64,000 bases of DNA from Octopus bimaculoides (Eukaryota): positions 38,260,732-38,324,731 of the forward strand of contig NC_068998.1 of the NCBI RefSeq assembly GCF_001194135.2. Reading direction: 5' to 3'. Shown here piece after piece: positions 11,880-24,979 of this stretch. The position numbers and the translations under genes were made by a program. Position 1 is the first letter of the stretch. The number at the start of each line of letters is the position of its first letter. The notes under the pieces are model-generated. The model was not told the origin of the DNA. It saw only the letters and a program-made list of their open reading frames with translations, and searched no databases.

Positions 11880-12741
11880 CATGCCATGTACAAAAGAAGC
11901 TTTGTAACTGTCTGAATTTCAAAGAGGCCATATTGTGGGCCAATCTCAAGGTGGACATTGCATAAAATCACCTACAGTTAATAAAGTGATTGTGCAATTC
12001 ATCAGGGAAGAGAAGGGGTTCATATCACCTCACCCAGGTTGACCAAGGCTCTCTGACAGGACCCTTCTCTTAGTTAAGAAAAGTATGGAGGATAATCCTC
12101 ATTGCAAGGCCTCTGACATAGCAGAACACGATGTTAGTCCCAGAACAGCTGTCAGATATCTCCACAAACTTGGTTATTGTGGAAGAGCAGCAAGAAGGAA
12201 GCCACATCTTTGGCCAGAAAAGATTGGGCCAGTGAGATGGTGAAGAGGCCCCTAGCATTTTGGGACACTATCATATTCTCCAATGAGTTCAGGTTTGCTA
12301 GATTTCCTGACAGTGGTCGAGTGTGGGTCTGGAAACTCTGTGATCAAGAATTTGACGTGAAAAGATTACAGCCAACAATGAAACATGGCAGCTATTGTGA
12401 TGGTCTGGGGAACAATTTGGAGCAATGGTCAATCAGAGCTGGTGGAGTGTGAGGGAAACATAAACTCAGATAAATATGTGTCCATATTGCAGAAAGGACT
12501 CCTTCCAATCTTCTGCAGTGGTGAAATGATTTAAGATTCTTTATTTATGGAAGATTGGACTTCTTGTCACACAGCTAAAATGACCCAAGATTTGTTGGAT
12601 GAGAATGGCATTAAAAAGCTTCCATGGCCAAGCCAATCACCAGATATGAACCCTTTTGAATACCTCTGGGGCATAATGGACAGGACAATTCATAGAAAAA
12701 AACAAGAAAGCATCTTCAAAGCCAGACATTTTGAGATTGCT
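11880..12741 (+). pseudogene. decayed Tc1 (DD34E) transposase, truncated by a gap
   Basis: LSEFQRGHIVG N-terminus; WDTIIFSNE (first Asp changed to Asn); PTMKHG; MED...WPSQSPDMNPFEYLW with 34 residues between D and E; frameshifts and stops. Confidence 0.92.
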
Positions 12742-12999
12742 NNNNNNNNNNNNNNNNNNNNNNNNNNNNNNNNNNNNNNNNNNNNNNNNNNNNNNNNNNN
12801 NNNNNNNNNNNNNNNNNNNNNNNNNNNNNNNNNNNNNNNNNNNNNNNNNNNNNNNNNNNNNNNNNNNNNNNNNNNNNNNNNNNNNNNNNNNNNNNNNNNN
12901 NNNNNNNNNNNNNNNNNNNNNNNNNNNNNNNNNNNNNNNNNNNNNNNNNNNNNNNNNNNNNNNNNNNNNNNNNNNNNNNNNNNNNNNNNNNNNNNNNNN

Positions 13000-13253
13000 T
13001 TTCTTATTTTTATTTTCCTAAAATTTTCGTTGCTTCTTGCAACCTTATCAATAGTCTTGACTGTCCGTTATTTACGCTGTGAAAAACAAAAAAGAATGCA
13101 GCATAAATAACAGACAGTCAAGACTATTGAAAAAGTTGCAAGACTCAACGAAAATTTTAGGAAAATAAAAATAAGAAATAAGTGGAAATTTTAACGGTGA
13201 GTGTGTTAAATTTCAAGGCGCAATAAGAAAATGACTCTCCCCAGACACAACAG
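13000..13253. mobile_element. foldback MITE (family H), left end in a gap
   Basis: 13000-13080 pairs with 13100-13178 (about 90% complementary, about 19-nt loop). The right arm continues to ...GACACAACAG|TA. A half copy sits at 16840-16980. Confidence 0.85.
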
Positions 13254-13344
13254 TATATATATATATATATAGACACACACACACACGTCTAAAGATGGCT
13301 CAGCCAGCCAAAACTTTGAAGTCACTGTCAACAACATTCTTTTC

Positions 13345-13575
13345 TTTTATTTTTTAATTCTTTTACTTATTTCAGTCATTTGACTGCAGCCATGCTGGAG
13401 CACCACCTTAAAGGGTGTTAGTCAAAGAAATTGACCCCAGAAGTTATTCTCTGTAAGCCTCGATCTTATTCTATTGGTCTCTTTTGCCAAACCGCTAGGT
13501 TACAGAGATAAAAGCATACCAGCATCGGTTGTCAAGTAATGTCGGAGGGACAAACACAGACACACACACACAAAT
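13345..13575 (-). mobile_element. SINE A, 3' half
   Basis: Reverse complement of TTGACAACCGATGCTGG...CCAGCATGGCTGCAGTCAAATGACTGAAATAAGTAAAA. Other 3' halves at about 8330-8465(+), 24665-24860(+), 35150-35335(+) and 47715-47915(+). Confidence 0.85.
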
Positions 13576-13602
13576 ATGTACATATATATATATATATATA
13601 TA

Positions 13603-14189
13603 CTGTATTTTGAAATAACAGCATGAAATTCAATATCAAAAAAATTCCTCACAATGATATATATGTCTAAAATAGTAAGGTATTAAAAATATATAGAAAT
13701 ATATGAACATGACAGTTTAAAAATTTGTTAATTAATGCATTTTATGATTGTTTCACGAAAGTATTGTCATTATAATGGAAACCATTATTACTGAGATGAA
13801 CTTACCAAGGATATAAATACAAATTTTAAATTTTATTACCAAAGTCAACCTGCATAAATCTAAACCAGTAAATTTTAATCTATTTTTCAAAAATACTTTT
13901 TCGTATATTTTTCTAATTTTAAAACAACATTCGATATATTATAAAAACTTTATCTTCTCCATCTCTGATGAGCGGAAGTATTGTCTATTAATGTGTATCA
14001 ACAATGGATTCCATTATAATGACAATACATTCATGAAACGATTGTAAGATGCATTAATTAACAAATTTTTAAGCTGTCATGTTTCATATATTTATATATA
14101 TATTTTTAATACAATACTATTTTAGACATATATATCTTCATAAGGAAGTTTTTTGATATTGAATTTCATGCTATTATTTCAAAATACAG
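13603..14189. mobile_element. 587-bp foldback MITE with about 190-bp TIRs, TA-flanked (family I)
   Basis: TA|CTGTATTTTGAAATAACAGCATGAAATTC... pairs with ...GAATTTCATGCTATTATTTCAAAATACAG|TA. Arms about 85-90% complementary; spacer about 210 bp. Confidence 0.9.
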
Positions 14190-14604
14190 TATATATAATC
14201 GCTCGTATTAATGTCTAAATTCTTTATAGTATTAATATTTTTGACATTTTATACAACGAGCACTCATTATAAATTCAGTGTATAATATTCTCACAGAATA
14301 TATTTAATTAATGATACATATATATATATATATANNNNNNNNNNTATATATGATGGGCTTCTTCCCATTTCCATGTACCAAATCCACACTCACAAGGCTT
14401 TGGTCAGTCTGAGGCTATAGTAAAAGACACTTGTCTGAGGTGCCACACAGTGGGACTGAATCTGTAACTATGTGGTTGAGAAGCCAGCTGCTTACCACAC
14501 AGCCATGTCTACACATATTCTTGTTTAAGAATGGTAAATTTTTACTTTACAAAAGTATAGTCACCCATCAGATTAATATAAAATTGCTTTTATTATAACT
14601 AAAC

Positions 14605-14945
14605 ACAACACAACACACAGCCCGGTCCAGTATTCAAACTCACNNNNNNNNNNNNNNNNNNNNNNNNNNNNNNNNNNNNNNNNNNNNNNNNNNNNNNNNN
14701 NNNNNNNNNNNNNNNNNNNNNNNNNNNNNNNNNNNNNNNNNNNNNNNNNNNNNNNNNNNNNNNNNNNNNNNNNNNNNNNNNNNNNNNNNNNNNNNNNNNN
14801 NNNNNNNNNNNNNNNNNNNNNNNNNNNNNNNNNNNNNNNNNNNTATTATAACTAAACACAACACAACACACAGCCCGGTCCAGTATTCAAACTCACAACC
14901 TCATGATCTTAAGCTCAACGCTCTAAGCACTGAGCCATGCGCCTT
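14605..14945 (-). mobile_element. SINE J head, duplicated across an assembly gap
   Basis: CACAGCCCGGTCCAGTATTCAAACTCAC...AAGCACTGAGCCATGCGCCTTCAC is the reverse complement of the J head. Confidence 0.7.
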
Positions 14946-17289
14946 CACATACATGCATACATACATACATAAAGGTATATGCATACATTCATGCATGCAT
15001 ACATACATACATACACACATGCCTACACACCTGCAGGCACACACACGCACGCACACACACACACACGAGGAACTTCAACCAACCAAATTACCTCACAAGG
15101 CTTTGGTCGGCTATCATAGAAGACACTTGCCCAAGGTGCTGCCCAATGAGACTGAACCCAAAAGCCACATGGGTCCAAAGCAGTGAACATCTTAACAAAC
15201 ACAGCCATGTCTACACCATTAGAAAAGCTTAAATCATGAACTCGATGACTTTTCAGGTTTACAATGAAATTTGTATTGTATATTAAATTCAACTTTTGAA
15301 GTCTTTTGTGTCATTTGCACATTTGTGGCTTCACATCCATGAGAAGGTTTGTTTTATTCTGCTGTTACTGATGTGTATTCAAACTATTGCTTTGTGGTGA
15401 GTGTAATATATAAACATTGTTCTGTTTTATCAGTTGTTAATGAGATATCCATTTATTCAATAACAGGGTATGTTTAGCTCATATATTACATGTGTGCTCT
15501 TTACTAAATGTTCTATATGTTAGATATGTGAGGGACAATTTATTCTTGTATTGTTCTACTGCAATGGTTCTCAACAGGGGCCCCATAGAGTCCTTGGGAG
15601 TTCATATAAGGTTTTGTTAACGTTTATCTGCAATAAATTGCTTATACTTCCACAATACACAAAACATTAAAAATTTTTTTATACAATTCCTTATAATAGG
15701 TGCAGGTGCAGGTATGGCTGTGTGGTAAGCAGCTTGCATCCCACCTGCATGGTTCTGGGTTCAGTCCCACTGTGTGGCACCTTGGGCAAGTGTCTTCTGC
15801 CATAGCATCAGACTGTGAGTGGATTTGGTAGATACCAAAAGAAGCATGTTGACATCGTATTCATTATTCAATGTCTGTTTTCCATGCTGGCATGGGTTGG
15901 ACGGTTTGACAATGAGTTGGAGTATTTTAAAGGAATGTCTCAANNNNNNNNNNNNNNNNNNNNNNNNNNNNNNNNNNNNNNNNNNNNNNNNNNNNNNNNN
16001 NNNNNNNNNNNNNNNNNNNNNNNNNNNNNNNNNNNNNNNNNNNNNNNNNNNNNNNNNNNNNNNNNNNNNNNNNNNNNNNNNNNNNNNNNNNNNNNNNNNN
16101 NNNNNNNNNNNNNNNNNNNNNNNNNNNNNNNNNNNNNNNNNNNNNNNNNNNNNNNNNNNNNNNNNNNNNNNNNNNNNNNNNNNNNNNNNNNNNNNNNNNN
16201 NNNNNNNNNNNNNNNNNNNNNNNNNNNNNNNNNNNNNNNNNNNNNNNNNNNNNNNNNNNNNNNNNNNNNNNNNNNNNNNNNNNNNNNNNNNNNNNNNNNN
16301 NNNNNNNNNNNNNNNNNNNNNNNNNNNNNNNNNNNNNNNNNNNNNNNNNNNNNNNNNNNNNNNNNNNNNNNNNNNNATATATATATATATATATATATAA
16401 TGAATATAGAGTAGGAAAAATTATAGAAATTTTTTCTATCAGAGGAGGAGGAGGAGGCAAAACAACTGATGTCTTGTGGGTGGATTTGGTAGATGGAAAC
16501 TGAAAGGAACTTTCCACACACACACACATTATGTAGGTAAGTCGGGTAAAATCTCGTGTGTGTGTGTGACTCTCTCTTTTTTCTTTTCTGCAACACTGAA
16601 TTGTTTCTCCTTCCTTCGCTCCAACCACTTATGCTGTTCCTGATTATTATCTAGATATAAATGCTTCATTCACATGAAACTTTTTTTTTTATTTAATGTC
16701 TCTGTCTGAAGAATTTTTAGTAAGAATTTGCTTACATGTCCATCAGGTATGTGAAGCTTTGTAATCCCTATTAGCAAATGAAACATGTGTAATGGTGAAT
16801 AAATACTAACAATTAATTTCCAATTACTTGCTTTGTTATATTTTGTTGTGTCTGGGGAGAGTCATTCCCTTTTAGTGCCTTATTAATTAACACACTCACT
16901 GATTCAATTTCCACTCATTTATTTATTTTTTCTAAAATTTTTGTTGTGTCTTGCAACCTTTTTAATTGTTGTTGACTCTTTCTGTTATCAGAGCAGTGTT
17001 CTTTTTGTTTGTTTGTTTGTGCACATGTGTGCATCAGTGTGCATGTGCATACACATATGTATGTATGTGTATGCATGTATGTGTGTGTATGCATATATGT
17101 ATGTATGTTTGTATGTATTCTGCATATTCACGTGTTTGTGTGTATGTGTTTGTGTGTGTATGTGTGTGTGTGAAGTGTGCATGTGTGTATATGGTGATGT
17201 GTTTCAGTCTTCGTTTGTGTATGCATGTGTGTGTGTGCTTTTCTGTCCATATTACCTATCTATCTATTTACTTACATATCCATTTTACC

Positions 17290-17631
17290 AGTGTCGCCTT
17301 ACTGGCACTTGTACCGGTGGCACGTGAAAAACATTCAAGCAAGGTCATTGCCAGTGCTGCTAGACTGGCTCCTGTGCAGGTGGCACGTAAAAAACACCAT
17401 TTGAGCATGGCCGTTGCCAGTACCGCCTGACTGGCCCTCGTGCCGGTGGCATGTAAAACCACCCACTATGCTCTGGGAGTGGTTGGCGTTAGGAAAGGCA
17501 TCCAGCTGTAGAAACTCTGCAGATCAGATTGGAGCCTGGTGCAGCCATCTGGTTTCACCAGCCCTCAGTCAAATCGTCCAACCCATGATAGCATGGAAAG
17601 CAGACGTTAAATGATGATGATGATGATGATG

Positions 17632-17632
<1 letters not shown>
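17290..17632 (+). mobile_element. family B 3' region with three tandem units of about 67 bp
   Basis: Repeated GTTGCCAGT...GGTGGCACGTAAAA units, then the B terminus and (GAT)n. Same layout at 31733-32031. Confidence 0.88.
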
Positions 17633-17662
<30 letters not shown>

Positions 17663-17664
17663 TA

Positions 17665-17821
17665 TATCAAACATTTCTCAACTGGTTACTTAATCTATTG
17701 ACCCCAAAAGGATGAAAAGTAAAGTCAACCTCAGCGGAATTTGAACTCAGAATGTAGTAATGGGTGAAATACCACTAAGCATTTCGTCAAGTATGCTAAC
17801 AATTCTGCCAGCTCGCCACCT

Positions 17822-17822
<1 letters not shown>
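17665..17822 (-). mobile_element. SINE G (tRNA-like head; central GCCTTTCATCCTTTCGGGGTCGATAAAATAAGTACCAG)
   Basis: Other copies at about 18745-18830, 25345-25490, 25630-25865, 28850-29010, 29638-29835, 32475-32692, 33772-33980, 46272-46476 and 63125-63332 (all minus) and 51457-51667 (plus). Confidence 0.85.
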
Positions 17823-17928
<106 letters not shown>

Positions 17929-18083
17929 TTTTTTTTTCTCATAACTTCATTTCATTTTGAAAAGGAACAATCTGGTGTGTTTAGTTTAATGGCTTATCAA
18001 TGTATAGAGTGAATTTCTTTACCCTAGGAGTTGAGAAGATACTCGGCAAGAAATGGGAACAAAACTGAAAGAAGAAAAAAAAT

Positions 18084-18114
<31 letters not shown>

Positions 18115-18494
18115 CAACAATAATAATTTTTTTACATTTTCATTTATTTGGATGACAAAAATGACATTTGATGGTCATGCTGTGATTAAAAGTGTGGTAC
18201 AGTTACATTGAAAATAAATTAAATGGAATGGAACATGAAGGTATATATACACACCCTACACAAGAGAAAGTAATGCTGCAAGATGGAAAGCACTGCTGCT
18301 ACCTTTGGCAGTGGTTCTTAAACAAATAAATACCACAACTGTCCACATGTCCAAAATATATCGGTCAAAATTTATCCTCTTCCTTCGCTAACTCTTCATT
18401 ATAGAGAAGACCAAAACGAGCTTTCATTCTTATAGTCTTTTTTTTCTTCACCATGATGCTGGACATCTTTAAAAAATGTGAAACCATCTGGATT

Positions 18495-18556
18495 TTAGTA
18501 AAAATGGCCAAGATGTCTGCCCACTTTTTTCTTTTCTTTCCAGTCCTTGACAAATA
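18495..18556 (-). CDS. candidate terminal coding exon, followed by about 370 nt of putative 3' UTR
   Basis: ccctgtgtcag|TATTT...: VFVKDWKEKKKVGRHLGHFY*. Unique, repeat-free sequence downstream with minus-strand AATAAA at 18143-18148. Confidence 0.4.
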
Positions 18557-19163
18557 CTGACACAGGGTTAAACAGGGAATTCCATTAATCCAAGATTAAT
18601 TTAACTATTAACCCATTTGATATCAACCTTCTAAAGCTGCTTCTTGTTCTATGATACAAATCTCTGGTCTTAAAGTAATCTAATTTAAAATTTTCCACCA
18701 AAATTTCAGGTTGATTTATGTTCCAACTCAGTTTAATAACCCTTTCTACTAAAAGCATTAGGCCTGAAATTTGGGTGGGAGGGGACAAGTTGATTACATC
18801 GACCTCAATGTTTCACTGGTACTAACAGACACCATCTCCTTCCAGGTCCAGCCATGGCCAACTTCTTGCAGAATCAGAAACAAACTGATAGAAAGAGAAG
18901 GAGAGAGAAGAAATTTAATAATCTCTAATAAAAAAATTTTTAAATGAATGCTTTGTTTATCTTATATCTTTTATTTTTTACTTGTTTTTTTCTCTGTTCC
19001 TTTAATTCTTTCTTTCTCTCTCCCTCTCCATCTCTAACCTATTCTGTTCTATTTCTCTTTTATTGTCTTTTTCCTCCCTTGGTATCTGGTTAGAACAAAG
19101 TCTTAGACAATGGTTCCAAATCTTTTAGAGTTTCTGATGCCATTGGATTTTACATAAGTTTAC

Positions 19164-19220
19164 CGACACACTGCAGATCAGATATAAATATCACTGGTGC
19201 ACCTATTAAGTAAAACATTC
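19164..19220 (-). CDS. candidate penultimate exon (57 nt, phase 1 to 1)
   Basis: ttttgttttttag|GAATG...GTCG|gtaaac. Open frame MFYLIGAPVIFISDLQCV joins in frame to 18495-18556. Confidence 0.42.
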
Positions 19221-20709
19221 CTAAAAAACAAAAAATGTATTGCTTATCTTGTTTTAGCCATCATACGTGATTACAACAAACTTTATGGATAACAAGCTTT
19301 TCAAGACATTCAAGCATTAGAATAGATTTTCTGATGCCATAGATTATAATAAAAGTAAAATTCTGTCTGTCCAGGACCCTTGTATCTCAGTCTACATTTA
19401 CTTTGCGTAGATAATCCCAGGATTGAAAATTTGTCCTTCATTTGGTTCTTGAACATCCAGAATTGGGATCTGATTTAAAAGCATTTGGATTACTATTTCT
19501 AGCAGGTAAAGCTTGACTGATTCATGCCATCTAGGTTGGCGCATATCAGAGATCAAAGGGGAAGATAAATGAAATTCACTTTGTTAATTTTACATTGAGA
19601 TAAGAACTTTGGGACGAATTGGCCAACAGTTGGAATTCAACCTGGGACTGGAACAATAGAATGATTGCATTACAGAATTAATTCTCATTTGTCCTTAATC
19701 TCTAATCAAATACCATCAGGGCATTTGGTCATTATAGACATATTATAGTCATGTTATTTAGCGCTCTTTAGTTTTAAGCCACAGGCCCAATTAGCCCTCC
19801 ACAGGAGACAGCTTAAGAGTCCACACAAGGTGTGGCTTTTAAGCTAGTAGATTATATATTTAAAAATTCGTGGTGCACCAAGGTACCTCTTGTGGGGCAC
19901 TTATCCATTTTATTTGAGAACCACTGTCTTCAAAATGTATAGGAGAATATTATCACACACACACACACACACACACATAATATACACACACACACACACA
20001 CACATACATATATATATATACATATATACGACAGGCTTCTTTCAGTTTCCGTCTACCAAATCCACTCACAAGGCTTTGGTCGGCCTGAGGCTATAGTAGA
20101 AGACACTTGCCCAAGGTGCCACACAGTGGAACTGAACACAGAATCACTCCTGCGCCTATGTGAATTTTCCTTCTTTTACTTTATACATATATTTCTTGCA
20201 TTACAACTCACCAAGTGGGGATAATCAAAATTCTCCTCCTTCCTTTTTGTTACAATACAGACAGACAGACAAACAGACAGGCAGATAAATAGATATGACA
20301 GGCTTCTTTCAGTTTCCTTCTACCAAATCCACTCAAAAAGTTTTGGTCAGCCCAAGACTATAGTAAAATACATTTGCCCAAGGTGCCACACAGTGGGACT
20401 GAACCCGGAACCATGTGCTTCAGAAGTAAGCTCCTTACCACACAGCCATGCCTACATCTTTTAATATATTTGTTATTTCTTTTTATTCAGTGTCTGGTAT
20501 TTCATTCCCTATCAACAGTGACTTCATCTGATGCCCTCCCAATACTTCATACAGACAGAGCACATGTTGAAAATTGTTAATAAAGTCTTGACATAAGATT
20601 TAGAAATCTGCTTCGGTATCAGAATTAAGTAATAAGCATAAAATTCTGGCAATCGGAAGAGCATCCAACTGTAGAAACCAGCCCATGCAACCATGGACAA
20701 GTGGCCATT

Positions 20710-21193
20710 GGTATGGTGATGATGGTGATGACGATGATGGTGGTGGTGGTGGTGGTGACGATGATGGTGGTGGTGGTGATCATGATAACGATGATGGTAG
20801 TGGTGGTGACAACAATGATGATGATGGTGGTGGTGGTGGTGGTGGTGGCGATGATGACAACGATGATAGTGATGATGTTGGTGATGATGATGGTGATGAC
20901 AATGATGTAAAGGCAACAACACCACCCTCTCTCTCTCTCTCTCTCTCCCTCTCTCTCTATTTGTTTCTTTTCCTCACTCTCAGTCATCAAAAGTAAGAGT
21001 CCGAAACTTTAGGTTCCTCAACTGCCAGGGTAGTTGATCTCAACCAAATTCTCCCTCAACACTAAATGCTACCATCACAGTCAGACCATTTTCGGAATTT
21101 CTATGGAATTTTCATATTTACAAAACTTGATTTAGAGTCAAATCAGCATTTTATAAAGTTGCAGCTGCAGCAGAAGAGATGATGCTGGTGGTG

Positions 21194-21233
<40 letters not shown>

Positions 21234-21510
21234 GGTAGTAAAACTAGTAGTGGTGGTGATGGTAGTGGTAGTTTTAGTAGTGGTAGTAGTGGTTGTGATG
21301 GTGGTCGTGATGATGGCGGTGGTGGTGGTAGTAGTAGTGGTGGTAGCAGTGGTCGGTAGTAGTGGTGGTGGTGGTGGAAGTGGTGCTGGTGGTTGTAGTA
21401 CTAGTAACAGTAGTAGTGGTGGTAGTGATGGTGTGTGGTGAAAGTGGTATTATTTGTAGTGGCAGCTGCAGTAGTAACAGCAGCAAAAGTAGTAGTAGTA
21501 GTAGTGGGGG
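20710..21510. repeat. (GGT/GAT/GTA)n trinucleotide microsatellite fields
   Basis: 20710-20910 and 21185-21510. They are the source of the poly-His/Val/Thr/Asp pseudo-ORFs. Confidence 0.92.
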
Positions 21511-22746
21511 GGGGTTACATGGTGCTGCCAACGAACTATACTGAAGAGTTGTTGTCACTATTATGTAACAAAAACAAACAAAACAAAACAAAACAAAAAC
21601 AAAATAGAAAAATAAAACACAAAAAAAACAAAAAGAAAAAATAAACCCGCAAAACTTCTATGAGGAAACGAGCAATAAAAATGTTGTAAGAGCTTAAAAT
21701 GTTGCTGATTCTGCGAATACACAGCATACGAACTGATCCGCAGATTATAATCATAGGAAAGAAAATTATGNNNNNNNNNNNNNNNNNNNNNNNNNNNNNN
21801 NNNNNNNNNNNNNNNNNNNNNNNNNNNNNNNNNNNNNNNNNNNNNNNNNNNNNNNNNNNNNNNNNNNNNNNNNNNNNNNNNNNNNNNNNNNNNNNNNNNN
21901 NNNNNNNNNNNNNNNNNNNNNNNNNNNNNNNNNNNNNNNNNNNNNNNNNNNNNNNNNNNNNNNNNNNNNNNNNNNNNNNNNNNNNNNNNNNNNNNNNNNN
22001 NNNNNNNNNNNNNNNNNNNNNNNNNNNNNNNNNNNNNNNNNNNNNNNNNNNNNNNNNNNNNNNNNNNNNNNNNNNNNNNNNNNNNNNNNNNNNNNNNNNN
22101 NNNNNNNNNNNNNNNNNNNNNNNNNNNNNNNNNNNNNNNNNNNNNNNNNNNNNNNNNNNNNNNNNNNNNNNNNNNNNNNNNNNNNNNNNNNNNNNNNNNN
22201 NNNNNNNNNNNNNNNNNNNNNNNNNNNNNNNNNNNNNNNNNNNNNNNNNNNNNNNNNNNNNNNNNNNNNNNNNNNNNNNNNNNNNNNNNNNNNNNNNNNN
22301 NNNNNNNNNNNNNNNNNNNNNNNNNNNNNNNNNNNNNNNNNNNNNNNNNNNNNNNNNNNNNNNNNNNNNNNNNNNNNNNNNNNNNNNNNNNNNNNNNNNN
22401 NNNNNNNNNNNNNNNNNNNNNNNNNNNNNNNNNNNNNNNNNNNNNNNNNNNNNNNNNNNNNNNNNNNNNNNNNNNNNNNNNNNNNNNNNNNNNNNNNNNN
22501 NNNNNNNNNNNNNNNNNNNNNNNNNNNNNNNNNNNNNNNNNNNNNNNNNNNNNNNNNNNNNNNNNNNNNNNNNNNNNNNNNNNNNNNNNNNNNNNNNNNN
22601 NNNNNNNNNNNNNNNNNNNNNNNNNNNNNNNNNNNNNNNNNNNNNNNNNNNNNNNNNNNNNNNNNNNNNNNNNNNATATATATATATATATATATATGTA
22701 TATATGCATATACATACATGTATATATGTACATAAACAAATATACA

Positions 22747-22787
<41 letters not shown>

Positions 22788-22930
22788 GCATATACCTACA
22801 TGTATATATGTACATAAACAAATATACATATATATATACATACACACATAATGATGATTACACATATATTTATACACACACACATATATACATATGCATA
22901 CACATACATACATATATATACATTGATATA

Positions 22931-22980
<50 letters not shown>

Positions 22981-23406
22981 AATACATACATACATATACA
23001 CACACAGATATATATTCAAATACATACATATTAGATTGGTTGTGTAGTGATGGTGGTGGTGACAGAAGCTCCAGAATTCAAGAGTTCAGCTTAATAAATA
23101 ATGATTACTTGCAAAGACACAAGAACAGAAATTTGTCAGGAAGTCTGTGAGTCTGCGCAGGTGGAGGTGGGGGGGGGAGGCAGGGTAATTGAATCAACTT
23201 CGGTACATGTGTTGGCGCTTACTTTATCAACCCAGAAAGAATAAAAGATAAAAGTCAGCTCTTTTAGAATCTGAACTGAGAACATAGGACAAAACTAAAT
23301 ACCATAATGAGTTCAGTCTGGTGCCTTGCCGTTTATAAAGATTGACAAGGAAGTGGATATGTGGTTGCATGGCCTGCAAGAAATAGCAACCAAAGGATAC
23401 TCTTAA

Positions 23407-24030
23407 CACTTTTGATGCCAACTCATCTGAGCCTACCCTAGTTCTTTCTATGATGCATCATAATTCCTGTTTCAAAGGGATTTAAATTTAACCCTTTTAG
23501 CATCCACATTGTTTTGTCAAATGTAATGTTTTTTCATTCACATTGTCTTTAATTAACCATGCTTTATCTTGCAACTCTGATGATGATGATGATCATCATC
23601 ATCATCGTTTAACGTCCGCTTTCCATGCTAGCATGGGTTGGACGATTTGACTGAGGACTGGTGAAACCGGATGGCAACACCAGGCTCCAGTCTAATTTGG
23701 CAGAGTTTCTACAGCTGGATGCCCTTCCTAACGCCAACCACTCAGAGAGTGTGATATGATCGTATATTTTTAGAATGACATGATTGGGTAGGTGTGATAA
23801 GCTGGATCAGGTTGGTTTAAATATAAAACAGGTAGGATATTTCAGCTGGATATGGCTAGCTTAAATGCTAAATGACTAAATCTTCAATCAAAATTTCATG
23901 CTAATTTATCTTCCAATTTATCTTCCAAACTCCAGCTTAATGATGACGAAGCTATTTTATTAAATACTTCATTCTTTTCACAATTAACTGAAACAAAAGT
24001 AGCATATTTCAACAGAAATATGGTAACTGA
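23407..24030. mobile_element. MITE D containing MITE C (23492-23875), which contains a family B tail (23593-23752)
   Basis: The D left end TTAA|CACTTTTGATGCCAAC is interrupted at its internal AAATTAAA by TTAA|CCCTTTTAGCAT...AAATGCTAAATGA. D resumes with TCTTCAATCAAAATTTCATG. Confidence 0.85.
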
Positions 24031-24054
24031 TGTTCCAAACATCAGCTTAATAAT

Positions 24055-24176
24055 ACTCTTTTATTCTTTTACCTGTTTCAGTCATTTGACTGTGGCCATG
24101 CTAAAGCACCGCTAAGTTACGGGGACGTAAACACACTAGCATCGGTTGTCAAGCGATGTTGGGGAAACAAACACAG

Positions 24177-24228
<52 letters not shown>

Positions 24229-24370
24229 CGGGCTTCTTTCAGTTTCCGTCTACCAAATCCACAAGACTTTGGTCGGCCTGAGGCTATAGTAGAAGACACT
24301 TGCCCAAGGTGCCACGCAGTGGGACTGAACCATGTGGTTGGTAAGCAAGCTACTTAACACACAGCCACAA
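24055..24370 (-). mobile_element. SINE A inserted in a second MITE D 3' segment
   Basis: Both halves and the internal (TA/CA) tract are present. D sequence flanks it at 24030-24054 and 24370-24462. Other near-complete A copies at about 28545-28830(-), 34630-35005(+), 41743-42115(+), 44205-44560(-), 45285-45745(-), 47950-48283(+), 49098-49445(+) and 51975-52275(-). Confidence 0.88.
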
Positions 24371-24979
24371 TCGTTACTTTATTAAATTATTCATTATTTC
24401 CAAAATTAATTGAAAAAAAAACGGTAATATATTTCAACAGAAATACGGTAACAGAAAGGTTAAAAAAGAAAAGAAAAAGACAATTTCAATAATTTAGTCC
24501 TAAATGTGTTATGTTTGAATGGAAAGCAGGATGGTCATGGTTAGAAAGCCTTTGATCATGGGTCTACTTAATGAAAGCTGACCATGGGTTAAACAACAAT
24601 AACCTCGTGCTTTTAACTTATGATGTGTGAAGGTGATGTCGGGCATTGTTATCCAATCAGCTATTGAAATTTCCCTCCCTTGATCCAGACAACTGATGCT
24701 GGTGTGTTTACATCCCCGTAACTTAGCAGTACGGCAAATAAGAACGATGAAATAAGTACTAGGCTTCCAAAGAATAAGTCCTGGGGTCGATTTGCTCGAC
24801 TAAAAGGCGGTGCTCCAGCATGGCCACAGTCAAATGACTGAAACAAGATAAAAAAAAGAAAGAGTAAACAAGTCCTTACTGAGCCAGCAAGTAATAATGA
24901 AGGCCACACTTTGACTGACAAAATCTAATAAGTCATGAACATTTAAAATTATTTCCCCTCTTTGCTTAACCCACATAAT

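Noticed and set aside
14590-14905. Direct repeat of about 55 bp on both sides of the 200-N gap
   Set aside because: Same artefact pattern; probably one SINE J head.
18404-18497. Frame continues after the candidate TAA (NPDGFTFFKDVQHHGEEKKDYKNESSFWSSL*), suggesting readthrough
   Set aside because: The stop is TAA, which is not a readthrough-prone or Sec codon; a 31-codon open stretch is expected by chance; the exon itself is unproven.
20524-21644. Poly-His, poly-Gly/Asp, poly-Val and poly-Thr ORFs (also 902-1418, 4142-4447, 9052-10199, 21536-23150)
   Set aside because: Translations of microsatellites and N-runs, open in several frames on both strands.
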